Assembly: GCA_040767085.1 (NCBI GenBank)
Contig: JAXGPF010000018.1
Span: 1 to 57,369, forward strand
Length of the DNA stretch: 57,369 nt
Source: Kiritimatiellia bacterium
GTDB taxonomy: Bacteria; Verrucomicrobiota; Kiritimatiellia; JAAZAB01
Reading direction: 5' to 3'
Shown: positions 1-9,445 of the stretch, piece after piece
Layout: every line of letters starts with the position of its first letter
How positions within the stretch are numbered: the first letter of the stretch is position 1
The notes under the pieces: model-generated
What the model saw: only the letters and a program-made list of their open reading frames with translations
The model's database searches: none
Told to the model about the DNA's origin: nothing
Program-made: the position numbers and the translations under genes

Positions 1-138
1 GGGCGCGCTGCCGGGCGGCGTGACGGATCATATGTTTCCCGCCTTGAACGCCAATTTGAAGCATAGGACGGGATCGGATTGGCTTGTTTTTTTTGCCTGC
101 TGTATTACAATCGAATAATTTGGAAGGAAAAATATTTT

Positions 139-897
139 ATGCCCAATGCAATTATCATGCCCTGCCTGGACATGCGGGACGGGCGCGTGGTCAAGGGCGT
201 TCGCTTCGTGGACATCCGGGACGCCGGCGACCCGGTCGAATGCTGCCGGGCCTATTGCGCCGCCGGCGCCAATGCCATCGCCCTGCTGGACATCACCGCC
301 ACGGTGGAAAACCGCCCGACGCTGCTGGAAGTGGTGCGCCGGGTCGCCGCCGCGGCCACCGTGCCGCTGACGGTCGGCGGCGGCATCCGTGACGCGGCGG
401 CGGCCGCGGCCGTGCTGGCGGCCGGGGCCGGTAAAATCTCCATCAGCAGTTCGGCTTTCCGCCGGCCGGCCGTCATTGGCGAGATCATCCGCGCATGCGG
501 CCGCGAGGCGGTGGTAGTGGCGATTGACGCCGCCGCCAATCCCGCCCTGCCGTCCGGTTACGAGGTCTGGATTGACGGAGGCCGGACCGCGACCGGCGCG
601 GATGCCGTTGAGTGGGCGCGCCGCGTGGAAGATGCCGGCGCGGCGGTGATCCTGCCCACCAGCAAGTCCACGGACGGCGTCCGTTCCGGCTACGATCTGC
701 CGCTGCTGCGCGCTTTGCGCCGGGCCGTGCGGGCGGAACTGGTGGCCTCCGGCGGCGCGGGCCAGCTCGAACATTTCTACGAGGCGGTGGAGGCCGGCAC
801 CGGCATTCTGCTGGCGGCCTCGGTCTTCCATTTCGGCATAATCGGCATTCCGCAATTGAAACAATACCTGCGCGGCCGCGGCGTGGCCGTGCCGTGA
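139..897 (+). CDS. hisF: Imidazole glycerol phosphate synthase cyclase subunit HisF (orphan/divergent copy)
   Basis: Motifs IMPCLDMRDGRVVKGV, LLDITA, LTVGGGIR, VVVAIDA, DGVRSGYD, ASGGAG, LAASVFHFG. ATG at 139 follows an AAGGA RBS. Confidence 0.9.
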   Translation: MPNAIIMPCLDMRDGRVVKGVRFVDIRDAGDPVECCRAYCAAGANAIALLDITATVENRPTLLEVVRRVAAAATVPLTVGGGIRDAAAAAAVLAAGAGKISISSSAFRRPAVIGEIIRACGREAVVVAIDAAANPALPSGYEVWIDGGRTATGADAVEWARRVEDAGAAVILPTSKSTDGVRSGYDLPLLRALRRAVRAELVASGGAGQLEHFYEAVEAGTGILLAASVFHFGIIGIPQLKQYLRGRGVAVP

Positions 898-914
898 AAA
901 CAGAGGATCGCTAC

Positions 915-2117
915 ATGGGCAAATCATCGCCGCGCGCATTGCTGATCCGCAACGGGCGCGTCTTGCTGCCGGATGGCAGCGTCAAGGAACAATCCATCTT
1001 GATCCGCGGCCGCGCCATCGAGCGCATCGGTCCGGCCGGCTCGAACGCGGCCGGCGCGGAAATCATGGACGCCGCCGGCGCGCTGGTGGTTCCCGGGCTG
1101 GTGGACATCCACCAGCACGGCGTGCTGCGGGCCTCCACGCAATCGGGCGCGCTCGCGGATTTTGCCGCACAGGAAGCCGCTTGCGGCGCCACGACCTTTC
1201 TGCCGACATTCTTCGGACCGCCCGCGGAAACCGCCGCGCGCATGCGGGCATGGCGGCTTGAGACCGATGAGTTGCAAAGAACGCCCCAGGTGGCCGGGTT
1301 CCGCCTGGAGTCGCCTTACCTGTCGGATCCCAGCGCGGGATTGCAGAAAGACGTGGCGCCCATCAGCGATGCGACCACGGACATGCTCCTGGAAGCGGGC
1401 GGCGGGCATATCCGCATCTGGGATATTTCCCCGGAATTGCCCGGGGCAATCCCGGCAATCCGTAAACTATCCGGACTGGGCATCGTCTGCAGCATGGCGC
1501 ATACCCGCGTTTCGATCGATGGCGCGCGCGCCGCTGTGGATGCCGGCGCGCGCCTGGTGACCCACCTGTTCGACACTTTTTTCCAGCCGCCGCCGCGTCC
1601 GCCCGACGAGGATGTTTACCCCGACGGCCTGGTGGATTACCTGCTGGTGGAAGACCGAGTGGCCTGCGAAATCATTCCCGATGGGACGCATGTCTACCCG
1701 CTCCTGGTGGAAAAAACCTTCCGTTGCAAGCCGCCGGACAAGTTGGTGTTCATCACCGACAGCAATTACGGATCCGGGCTGCCGCCCGGCGAATACGTTT
1801 TGCCGCAAGGATGGGGCAGGGTGCTGATTCAAGGCCCCAATCAAGGTATTCGACTGATTGATCGAGGAATGGGCCTGGCGTCCAGCGCCCTGACGCCAGT
1901 TGATGCCTTCCGCAACGCGGTCAAATTGTTCGGGAAGGATCTGGCGGCCGCCAGCCGGGTTTGCGCCTTGAATCCGGCGCGCCTGCTGGGCTTGAATAAA
2001 GGAGCGTTGGCCGTCGGCCGCGACGCGGATATTATTCTCTTGGACGATGATCTAAAATTGTTGCACACCATCAGTGCCGGCCGGATGGTTTATTCCCGCG
2101 CTGGCGGCGCGATTTAA
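915..2117 (+). CDS. N-acetylglucosamine-6-phosphate deacetylase-like amidohydrolase (divergent NagA family)
   Basis: Motifs PGLVDIHQHG, GATTFLPT, RLESPYL, SMAHT, VTHLFD, IPDGTHV, FITDS, NPARLLGL, GRDADIILLD. GAGGA RBS precedes ATG 915; an alternative GTG at 894 overlaps the hisF stop. Confidence 0.8.
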   Translation: MGKSSPRALLIRNGRVLLPDGSVKEQSILIRGRAIERIGPAGSNAAGAEIMDAAGALVVPGLVDIHQHGVLRASTQSGALADFAAQEAACGATTFLPTFFGPPAETAARMRAWRLETDELQRTPQVAGFRLESPYLSDPSAGLQKDVAPISDATTDMLLEAGGGHIRIWDISPELPGAIPAIRKLSGLGIVCSMAHTRVSIDGARAAVDAGARLVTHLFDTFFQPPPRPPDEDVYPDGLVDYLLVEDRVACEIIPDGTHVYPLLVEKTFRCKPPDKLVFITDSNYGSGLPPGEYVLPQGWGRVLIQGPNQGIRLIDRGMGLASSALTPVDAFRNAVKLFGKDLAAASRVCALNPARLLGLNKGALAVGRDADIILLDDDLKLLHTISAGRMVYSRAGGAI

Positions 2118-2209
2118 TCGGATAAATTTCGCGTCTTCAATAAAATGACAACGCCTTCGGCTTGAAATACTAATTATATTTTCCCGTAAACGGTTTGGAA
2201 TGCTGCAAT

Positions 2210-2268
2210 AATAAAAAGTTAAAAAATTTTTAAAAAAAGTTGACGAAAAATCAAACCTGTGTTAACTT
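2210..2268 (+). promoter_or_regulatory. Sigma70-type promoter with A/T-tract UP-element-like region
   Basis: TTGACG (2240-2245), 17-bp spacer, extended -10 TGtTAACTT (TAACTT 2263-2268), preceded by A/T tracts in an otherwise GC-rich sequence. Confidence 0.7.
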
Positions 2269-2376
2269 AACCCCGTAATGGGAAGCTGAGTGGCTGGCCT
2301 GCAACTTTGCGATGATTTTTAACAAGTGCTCGATGGAATGTAATCAGATTAAGTTCGGCAAAACGGGAGATCCAAG

Positions 2377-5300
2377 ATGAAATACGCAATGCTTGGCAAG
2401 TGGCGGTATGCGGCGGCTGTATTGACGTGCTTTGGCGTGACCAGGTTTTCAGCTGCGGAAAGCGTATTGCCTTTTGCCGATGATTTTGAGGCGTACGTTC
2501 TCGGGACGCCACTGATGGACGGCACCAATAATGGCTGGTATGGCTCTGATACCAACGTGCTGGTGCAAGATGCGGAGTTTTACCAGGGCGCTCAGGCTGC
2601 TCAAGTGCCATTGGATTGCCTGCTTTCCAACCGGTTTGACACAAATGTCACGGTGGCCGCGTCCAATCTCTGGATGGAGTTCTATGTTCAACCCGTGCAT
2701 TACACCGGCACGAACGATCCGGAATGCGAAACCAATGTTGCCTCCGTGTTTTATCTAAACAGCAACGGTTATTTTGTGCTGCGCGATTCCGACCAGTGGA
2801 TTGTGGCTTCTAATACAATCAAGGGCGTCCCGCTGACGCCGGTGGAGACGGGCGACTGGGTGCAGATTGATTGTTTGATGGATTACGGCGCTAAACAGTG
2901 GTACTTCTTGCAAGATGGCGCCATGATTAAGGCGCAATTGGGATTTGTGGATCCGACGGTTGCGATGCTGTCCTCCATGGATATTTATAATGGCTCCGGG
3001 CCGACCACGTTTCTGGATAATGTCACGGTGTCCTTGTCTGTTCCGCCCGGCCTCACCAACACAATTCCGACCAACTGGAGTATCCCGACATTAGCGCTTT
3101 CGAATGCCAATATCAGCATCACGACTTTCCCCGGCGAGATCGCGGTTTCGGATGATTTTTATGTTTATCGCGCCAGCGGCGGCAATATGTCTTTTACGAA
3201 CACCCCGCAACAAAACTGGCTCGGTGTGGATGTGACGGACGGAGTGGTTACCGGCGATGCAATTGAGACCGTGCAATTGTCGGTTGATCCCACCGGCTTT
3301 GCTCCCGGTGTTTATACCGGGTATGTGGATGTCGCTGCCGCGGATGATCTTACGGGAGCGACAGCATACGATTCGCCGCAATCCGTGACGGTTGTAATGA
3401 CCGTCAATCCAAAGGCATCCATCGCGGCCAGCGCTGCCAGCTTGCAAGTCACCACCCGCGAAGGTGTCAATAACAGCACCAATTTTGACGTGTGGAACGG
3501 CAGCGGTTATTACACGCTGGATTTCACCACAACCGTGGCCACGCTTAGCGGCGGCGATTGGCTGAGCGTACTCCCCGTGACCGGCTCCAGCACGGGCGAA
3601 GCCGACAAGGTCAATCTGGTTGTAACCTGCGATGCGTCCACCATCGCCACCAACCGCGGTAGTTATACCGGCACGGTCACGATTGCCGGCACGATGACCG
3701 AAGGCGGCAACGATTACGACGCCGACAATTCCCCGACCGTCATCGAGGTGGTCCTGAATGTGGAATATCCGGCGCCTTCGCTGGGAGTCACCCCGATATT
3801 GTTTTACCAAAATGTCATGCATGGCGGCAACGCCACCAACAACGGCTTCAATGTGTGGAACGCCAACTCCAATTATACGTTGGTGTTCGACGCCAGCAAA
3901 AATGTATCCTGGTTGACGGTGACGCCGACGAATGGTAATAGTTCCGGCGCGTCGGTGCCGGTGACGGTAAGCTATGATGTCAGTTCTCTCGCCGCCGGCA
4001 TGCATACGGGAGTGATTACCGTGGCTGGCACTGATCTGAAATACGGCGAGGATTCCTTGAATACGCCGGTGAATGTGACGGTTTTGATGGAAATTGTCGA
4101 CCCGCCCGCTCCGTCTTGGGTCAATGCCACGGATGGTGATTATACCAACCAGGTGCGTGTCCAGTGGGAAGCCCTGACCGGAGTGGTGACTTGCGAAGTC
4201 TGGCGTGGTGAAACCGATAGCGTCAGCAACGCCAACCTCCTTGTGGCTCTGGCCGGCAACGCCACGCTCCATGACGACCAGACGGTCCTGCCAGGCAAGT
4301 TGTATTATTATTGGATTCGGAGTAAGAACGTTTACGGCTATAACGGCGCTTACAGCGTCAGCGATTCCGGGTTCCAGCAGCTTCTGCCGCCGGCCAGCAT
4401 TAACGCCACGAAGGATACGTACACCGACAAGGTGGCGGTAACGTGGGGCGCGGCGCCTGGCGTGCCGACAGGTTATCAGGTTTGGCGTAATACCGCGGGC
4501 GGCACCGGTACGCTGATCGGCGCCAGCGCCAGTCTTGCATACAACGACACTACGGCTGTTCCCGGTACGCTCTATTCCTACTGGGTTAAAGCCACCAATA
4601 ATTGGTCCGTCAGCGCCCCCGGGCCTTATGCCGAAGGTTGGCGCCGGTTCACAGCGCCGACCAATATCGCGGCTACGGAAGGCACGCTGAACGGCAAGGT
4701 GGATGTAACCTGGTCGGCCGTGAGCGGCGCGACATCCTATGAAGTTGCGCGGAATAACACTCCGCTCGGCACTGCCACTGGGACTGCTTATTCGGACGCC
4801 ACGGCGGCGCAGGGCGTGGGTTATAACTACAAGGTCCGTGCCATGAGCGCGGTCAGTACGGGCGCCTACAGCACCGCCGTGCTGGGCTGGGCTTCGCTCG
4901 GGGCGCCGGTGGCCGTTCAGGCCAGCCAGGGGCAGTACAGCTACAAAGTGCTGGTGACCTGGCCGGCCTTTGCCGTGGCCATGGACAGTTACGAGGTGCA
5001 GCGCAGCGCGACCGAAGATTTCGCAGCGCATGATGTTTTAGGCCAGACATCCGCGACCACCTACGATGATACGACTGCCGTGCCAGGATCGGTGTACTAT
5101 TACCGGGTGCGGGGTATCAAGGGCGCGCTTTACTGGATGAGCCAGGTCGGCAACGGCTGGCGCAGCTTGACGCCGCCCACTGGTATCAACGCCTCGCAGG
5201 GCACCTGGCCGGGCGGCGTCCTGGTGAAGTGGAATGCGGTTTCCGGCGCCACGGCTTATGAAGTCTGGGCCAATAACGAAAACGACGTGTTGGGCGCGAC

Positions 5301-6261
5301 GAAGCGGGCCGAGGTAACCACGACGGAATACCCCGACCGCACTGTCAGCCCGGGCGCTACGCGTTATTACTGGCTCAAGTCTAAATCCGCCGGCGGCGTG
5401 AGCGATTACAGCGCGGTGGCCAGCGGTTATGCGCCTACGACCGTTAACTTCGGCGGCGCTGGGTTCGCCCCGGCCCCCGCCGATTACGACGGCGATGGTA
5501 TAGACGATCTGGGGGTGTACAAGGCCGCCAACGGCCACTGGAAGGTGCGCATGTCCGGTTCCGGCTATAGTGTTATTGAAGTGACCGGGTTCGGCGGCGC
5601 CGGTTTTGTGGCCGCGGTTGGCGATTATGATGCCGACGGCTTGACGGATCCGGCGGTGTACAAGGCTGCTACCGGCGAGTGGAAGGTCTGGATGTCCGCT
5701 TCCGGCTACGCTCCTGTGGCCGTGGCTGGGTTCGGCGGTCCGAACAGCATTGCCATCCCGAGCGATTATGATGCGGACGGCAAATGCGATCCGGCAGTGT
5801 ATTTCACGAGCACCGGCGAGTGGCGGGTCTGGATGTCCGCCAGCGGGTATGCTCCTATCGGCGCGGTCTGGGGCGGCAGCGCCTGGATGCCGTCCGTCGG
5901 CGGCGATGCCGATGGCGATGGCAAAGCTGATCCCGTGATCTATAGCCCGGCCGCCAAGACCTTCAAGGGGATGTGTTCGGTGCTGGGGTATGCCGAGGTC
6001 GTGATGGGCGGGATGGGCGCTGTGGGTTATGCCCCGATCAACCGCGATTATGATGGCGATGGATTGGTTGATCCTTCCGCCTACAACGAGTCGGCCGGCG
6101 CCTGGAAGATATGGGGCTCCCGTTCCGGCTACAGAGAGCAATCCTACAACTTCGGCGGCGCCGGCTGGGTTGTGGCGCCGATGGATTACTACGGCACCGG
6201 CCGCGCCAACCTGTGCGTGTATAACGAAGCCACAGGCACTTGGTGGGTGCGCCCTTGGTAA
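2377..6261 (+). CDS. Large secreted/cell-surface protein: signal peptide, lectin-like N-terminal domain, ~3 Ig/BACON-like repeats, ~5 fibronectin type III-like repeats, C-terminal FG-GAP/VCBS-like repeats
   Basis: N-terminal signal peptide. Repeats (D/N/S)WLxVxxxxG..V.V...YTG..T; FN3-like P..I.A(T/S).G....V.V.W......YEV.R...Y.D.TA.PG..Y.Y.V; repeated DYDGDG.(D/T)DP.VY....G.W.V.MS.SGY. GGGAGA RBS. Confidence 0.85.
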   Translation: MKYAMLGKWRYAAAVLTCFGVTRFSAAESVLPFADDFEAYVLGTPLMDGTNNGWYGSDTNVLVQDAEFYQGAQAAQVPLDCLLSNRFDTNVTVAASNLWMEFYVQPVHYTGTNDPECETNVASVFYLNSNGYFVLRDSDQWIVASNTIKGVPLTPVETGDWVQIDCLMDYGAKQWYFLQDGAMIKAQLGFVDPTVAMLSSMDIYNGSGPTTFLDNVTVSLSVPPGLTNTIPTNWSIPTLALSNANISITTFPGEIAVSDDFYVYRASGGNMSFTNTPQQNWLGVDVTDGVVTGDAIETVQLSVDPTGFAPGVYTGYVDVAAADDLTGATAYDSPQSVTVVMTVNPKASIAASAASLQVTTREGVNNSTNFDVWNGSGYYTLDFTTTVATLSGGDWLSVLPVTGSSTGEADKVNLVVTCDASTIATNRGSYTGTVTIAGTMTEGGNDYDADNSPTVIEVVLNVEYPAPSLGVTPILFYQNVMHGGNATNNGFNVWNANSNYTLVFDASKNVSWLTVTPTNGNSSGASVPVTVSYDVSSLAAGMHTGVITVAGTDLKYGEDSLNTPVNVTVLMEIVDPPAPSWVNATDGDYTNQVRVQWEALTGVVTCEVWRGETDSVSNANLLVALAGNATLHDDQTVLPGKLYYYWIRSKNVYGYNGAYSVSDSGFQQLLPPASINATKDTYTDKVAVTWGAAPGVPTGYQVWRNTAGGTGTLIGASASLAYNDTTAVPGTLYSYWVKATNNWSVSAPGPYAEGWRRFTAPTNIAATEGTLNGKVDVTWSAVSGATSYEVARNNTPLGTATGTAYSDATAAQGVGYNYKVRAMSAVSTGAYSTAVLGWASLGAPVAVQASQGQYSYKVLVTWPAFAVAMDSYEVQRSATEDFAAHDVLGQTSATTYDDTTAVPGSVYYYRVRGIKGALYWMSQVGNGWRSLTPPTGINASQGTWPGGVLVKWNAVSGATAYEVWANNENDVLGATKRAEVTTTEYPDRTVSPGATRYYWLKSKSAGGVSDYSAVASGYAPTTVNFGGAGFAPAPADYDGDGIDDLGVYKAANGHWKVRMSGSGYSVIEVTGFGGAGFVAAVGDYDADGLTDPAVYKAATGEWKVWMSASGYAPVAVAGFGGPNSIAIPSDYDADGKCDPAVYFTSTGEWRVWMSASGYAPIGAVWGGSAWMPSVGGDADGDGKADPVIYSPAAKTFKGMCSVLGYAEVVMGGMGAVGYAPINRDYDGDGLVDPSAYNESAGAWKIWGSRSGYREQSYNFGGAGWVVAPMDYYGTGRANLCVYNEATGTWWVRPW

Positions 6262-6305
6262 TCTGAAATAACTGCCGATCGGCGCAAGTCGATGCTGATT
6301 AAAAC

Positions 6306-6346
6306 CTGGCCGGCCAATGGCAGACATTGGCCGGCCAGCGTTTTTT
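6306..6346 (+). terminator. Rho-independent terminator
   Basis: Perfect 14-bp stem CTGGCCGGCCAATG (6306-6319) / CATTGGCCGGCCAG (6325-6338), 5-nt loop, T6 at 6341-6346. Confidence 0.9.
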
Positions 6347-6490
6347 CCGGGTCATGCGGCGGCAATCCCGCACGGTATATTCGAATTTGAAAAATTGGAT
6401 TGTGCGCCTGGCCGTATTTTGTTAAAAAGACCTTTCGTAAATCCAGGCAATAATCTGTCCCTAAACAGCGGCAAAAGCGAAGGAAACACT

Positions 6491-6946
6491 ATGGCCTCTT
6501 TAAATTCTGTGATTCTTGCCGGCAATTTGACCCGCGACCCGGAATTGCGCGCCATTCCCAGCGGCGCCAATGTCCTGGAAATGGGCATGGCTATTAATGA
6601 CAGCTACCGGAATAAGGCGGGCGAAACTGTAGAGTCCACCTGTTTCGTGGAAGTGGTGGTGTGGGGGCGCCAGGCGGAGACCTGTGCGCAGTACCTGCGC
6701 AAGGGGTCGCCGGTGCTGGTGGAAGGCCGGTTGCAATACGACCAATGGGAAAACAAGGAAGGCGAAAAACGCAGCCGTTTGCGGGTGGTGGCCGTGCGGG
6801 TCCAGTTTTTGAGCAGTCCCAAACGCGCGGAGTACGGCGATGCGCCGGGCGGCAATGATGCGGCGCCGGGCGGCAATGATGCGGCGGCCGGTGGGCGCGC
6901 CGCCGCCGGGCCGGCGCCGGTGGCGGATGCGGATGCGCCGTTCTAG
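6491..6946 (+). CDS. ssb: Single-stranded DNA-binding protein
   Basis: LNSVILAGNLTRDPELR, VVVWGRQAE, YLRKGSPVLVEGRL, acidic C-terminal tip DADAPF. GAAGGA RBS before ATG 6491. Confidence 0.97.
   Translation: MASLNSVILAGNLTRDPELRAIPSGANVLEMGMAINDSYRNKAGETVESTCFVEVVVWGRQAETCAQYLRKGSPVLVEGRLQYDQWENKEGEKRSRLRVVAVRVQFLSSPKRAEYGDAPGGNDAAPGGNDAAAGGRAAAGPAPVADADAPF
6842..6883 (+). repeat. Perfect 21-bp tandem duplication in the SSB linker (APGGNDA x2)
   Basis: GCGCCGGGCGGCAATGATGCG at 6842-6862 and 6863-6883. Confidence 0.9.
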
Positions 6947-6955
6947 GATCAAACC

Positions 6956-7918
6956 ATGCGTATTTTATCGGGGATTCAGCCTTCCGGCCGCCTGCATCTC
7001 GGCAATTATTTCGGCATGATGCGTCCGGCGTTGGAACTGCAGGCGCGCGGACAGGCCTTTTTGTTCATCGCCAATTATCATGCCATGACCACCGTGGAAG
7101 ATGCCGCGATCCTGCGGCGCGCCACGGCGGATGTGGCGCTGGATTTCCTGGCGTGCGGCCTGGATCCGGCGCGCACTGTTTTTTACCGTCAGAGCGATGT
7201 GCCGGAAGTGCATGAACTGGCCTGGCTGCTGTCAACGGTCGCTCCCATGGGCCTGCTGGAGCGCTGCCATGCCTACAAGGACAAGCTGGCCCGCGGCCAT
7301 GCCGCCTCGCACGCGCTCTTCGCCTATCCCGTGCTGATGGCCGCCGATATCCTGGCGGTGCAGGCCGACGTAGTGCCGGTGGGCCAGGATCAGAAGCAGC
7401 ACCTGGAAGTCACCCGGGACCTGGCGGTCAAGTTCAACCAGAAATTCGGCGAGGTGTTCAAAGTGCCTGAACCTCTGATTGCCGACAGCGTGGCGGTCGT
7501 GCCCGGCGTGGACGGGCAAAAAATGTCGAAATCGTATAATAACGCGATTGACATCTTCGGCGCTCAGAAAGCCACACGCCAGGCGGTAATGCGCATCGTC
7601 ACCGACAGCAAAACCCTGGACGACCCCAAGGATTCCGACCGTTGCAATGTTTTCGCCCTGTACCGCCTGTTCGCCGAGGCGGAGCAGGCCGCGGCGATGG
7701 CCGCGCGGTACCGGGCCGGCGGGCTCGGTTACGGCGAAGTGAAGAAGGCTTTGTTTGAAATGCTCTGGAATTATTTCGAGCCCTACCGCCGCCGCCGTGC
7801 GGAATTGGCGGCCGCCCCGGAGCGCGTCGAGGAAATCTTGCGCGATGGCGCAGCGCGCGCGCGCGCGGCCATGGCGCCTACCTTGCGAGCCGCGCGCCGT
7901 GCCGCGGGCGCGGCGTGA
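6956..7918 (+). CDS. trpS: Tryptophan--tRNA ligase
   Basis: SGIQPSGRLHLGNYFG (HIGH-like), YPVLMAADIL, VPVGQDQKQHLE, KMSKS. Confidence 0.97.
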   Translation: MRILSGIQPSGRLHLGNYFGMMRPALELQARGQAFLFIANYHAMTTVEDAAILRRATADVALDFLACGLDPARTVFYRQSDVPEVHELAWLLSTVAPMGLLERCHAYKDKLARGHAASHALFAYPVLMAADILAVQADVVPVGQDQKQHLEVTRDLAVKFNQKFGEVFKVPEPLIADSVAVVPGVDGQKMSKSYNNAIDIFGAQKATRQAVMRIVTDSKTLDDPKDSDRCNVFALYRLFAEAEQAAAMAARYRAGGLGYGEVKKALFEMLWNYFEPYRRRRAELAAAPERVEEILRDGAARARAAMAPTLRAARRAAGAA

Positions 7919-7924
7919 CCGGCT

Positions 7925-8665
7925 ATGGATACTCCCTTACAGGAAGAGTACCATGTCCGGCTCGAAATTTTTGAAGGGCCGCTCGATCTCCTGCTTTACC
8001 TTATCAAAAAAGACGAGGTGGATATCTACAATATCCCCATCGAGCTGATTACGCGCCAGTATATGGAGTACATGCAGCTGATGCGCATGTTGGACCTGAA
8101 CATTGCCGGCGAGTTTCTGGTCATGGCCGCCACGCTCATGATGATCAAAAGCCGCATGCTGCTGCCGGTGGAGGACCGGCCGGAACTGGAGTCCGAGGAT
8201 GACGATCCGCGCTGGGAACTGGTGCGGCAGCTGGTGGAATACAAGAAATTCAAGGACGCCGCCGGCGCGCTGCAGACGATGGAAATGCGGCAGGAAAACA
8301 TTTTCGGCCGCGGCGCCGAAGATTTGCCCCTGGAGCCGGAACCGGGCGCGGCCCTGGGCGACATCACCATCTTCGATCTCATCGCCGCCTTTAACGAAGT
8401 ATTGAAACGCGTGCCGGTGGCCGCGGAAATCGGCGAAATCTACGCCGAGCGCCACACGGTTGCCGATAAGATCGAGTTGATTGTGCAAACCCTGCGCTCC
8501 GCGGAAAGCGTGGACTTCGCCGGGTTGTTCACCCGGGCTGCCACCCGGCAGGAGATTGTCTGCACTTTCCTGGCGGTGTTGGAATTGATCCGCCTGCGCC
8601 AGATCAAGGCGCGCCAGGATGGCGTTTTCGGCGCAATTGTTTTGGAAAGGGCCATTCCCGCATGA
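7925..8665 (+). CDS. scpA: Segregation and condensation protein A (kleisin)
   Basis: FEGPLDLLLYLI, EFLVMAATL..IKSRMLLP, TFLAVLEL. Confidence 0.95.
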   Translation: MDTPLQEEYHVRLEIFEGPLDLLLYLIKKDEVDIYNIPIELITRQYMEYMQLMRMLDLNIAGEFLVMAATLMMIKSRMLLPVEDRPELESEDDDPRWELVRQLVEYKKFKDAAGALQTMEMRQENIFGRGAEDLPLEPEPGAALGDITIFDLIAAFNEVLKRVPVAAEIGEIYAERHTVADKIELIVQTLRSAESVDFAGLFTRAATRQEIVCTFLAVLELIRLRQIKARQDGVFGAIVLERAIPA

Positions 8666-9414
8666 CCGAGCATCAAGAACTTCCACCAGCCGCGTCTCCG
8701 GCCGCGCCGGACCCGGCGGGGGCCGGGCCGGCTGAACCGGCGGAACTGTCATTGCAACCCATTGTCGGCGCCATGCTGTTCGCCGCCAAAAAACCTTTAA
8801 CGCTTGCGGAAATCCGGCGCGTCCTCCAGCAGGTTGCCGAGCAGGTGCCGGAAGAAAACCGTCCGCCAGCGCGCGATGCGCAAATCAAGGCCGCCATTGC
8901 GGCCGTTCAGGACACCCTGGCCCGCGGCGGACTGGGCGTCACGCTGGGCGTCGCGCCCGGCGCCGGCGCCGATGGCGGCGGTTACCGCTTGCAGACCGAT
9001 CCGGCATGCGGTCCCTGGCTGCGCTGCCTGCTGGAGATGGGCAAACCTACCCGGCTGTCGCGGCCGGCCCTGGAAACCCTGGCGATTATTGCCTACCGCC
9101 AGCCGGCGAGCCGGTCGGAAATCGAAGGTGTGCGCGGCGTCGGCGTGGATGCCATGTTGCGCACCCTCCTGGAAATGCAATTGATCAAAATCACCGGACG
9201 CAGCGAGTTGCCGGGGCGTCCGTTGCTGTACGGCACCACCCAGTTGTTCCTGGAGCATTTCGGCTTGAAAAATGTCCGGGATTTGCCCGGGATTGAACAG
9301 TTATGCCGGCGCGAGGCCGCCCGTGCGCAGGCCGCCGCCGCGGACCAGCCGGAACCGGCCGCGGATGAGGATTCTGCCGATGATGAAACACTAACCCCGG
9401 CCACCGAACCCTGA
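8662..9414 (+). CDS. scpB: Segregation and condensation protein B
   Basis: LSRPALETLAIIAYRQP, EIEGVRGV, GRPLLYGTTQLFLEHFGL; ATGA overlap with scpA. Confidence 0.95.
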   Translation: MTEHQELPPAASPAAPDPAGAGPAEPAELSLQPIVGAMLFAAKKPLTLAEIRRVLQQVAEQVPEENRPPARDAQIKAAIAAVQDTLARGGLGVTLGVAPGAGADGGGYRLQTDPACGPWLRCLLEMGKPTRLSRPALETLAIIAYRQPASRSEIEGVRGVGVDAMLRTLLEMQLIKITGRSELPGRPLLYGTTQLFLEHFGLKNVRDLPGIEQLCRREAARAQAAAADQPEPAADEDSADDETLTPATEP

Positions 9415-9445
9415 ACAAGCAACCCCTAACACTGTTTTTCTTGCC

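Noticed and set aside
1-31. Possible start of a minus-strand gene (MIRHAARQRA...) at the window edge
   Set aside because: Only 10 codons are visible, too little to support a call.
612-914. Upstream extensions given by the ORF track (612, 6317, 12528, 34780, 36278, 53885, 55038)
   Set aside because: They overlap upstream genes or terminators; downstream ATGs have RBS and begin the recognisable domains or signal peptides.
2270-2376. Riboswitch in the leader of the surface protein gene
   Set aside because: No recognisable aptamer consensus or terminator; an Rfam scan would be needed to exclude it fully.
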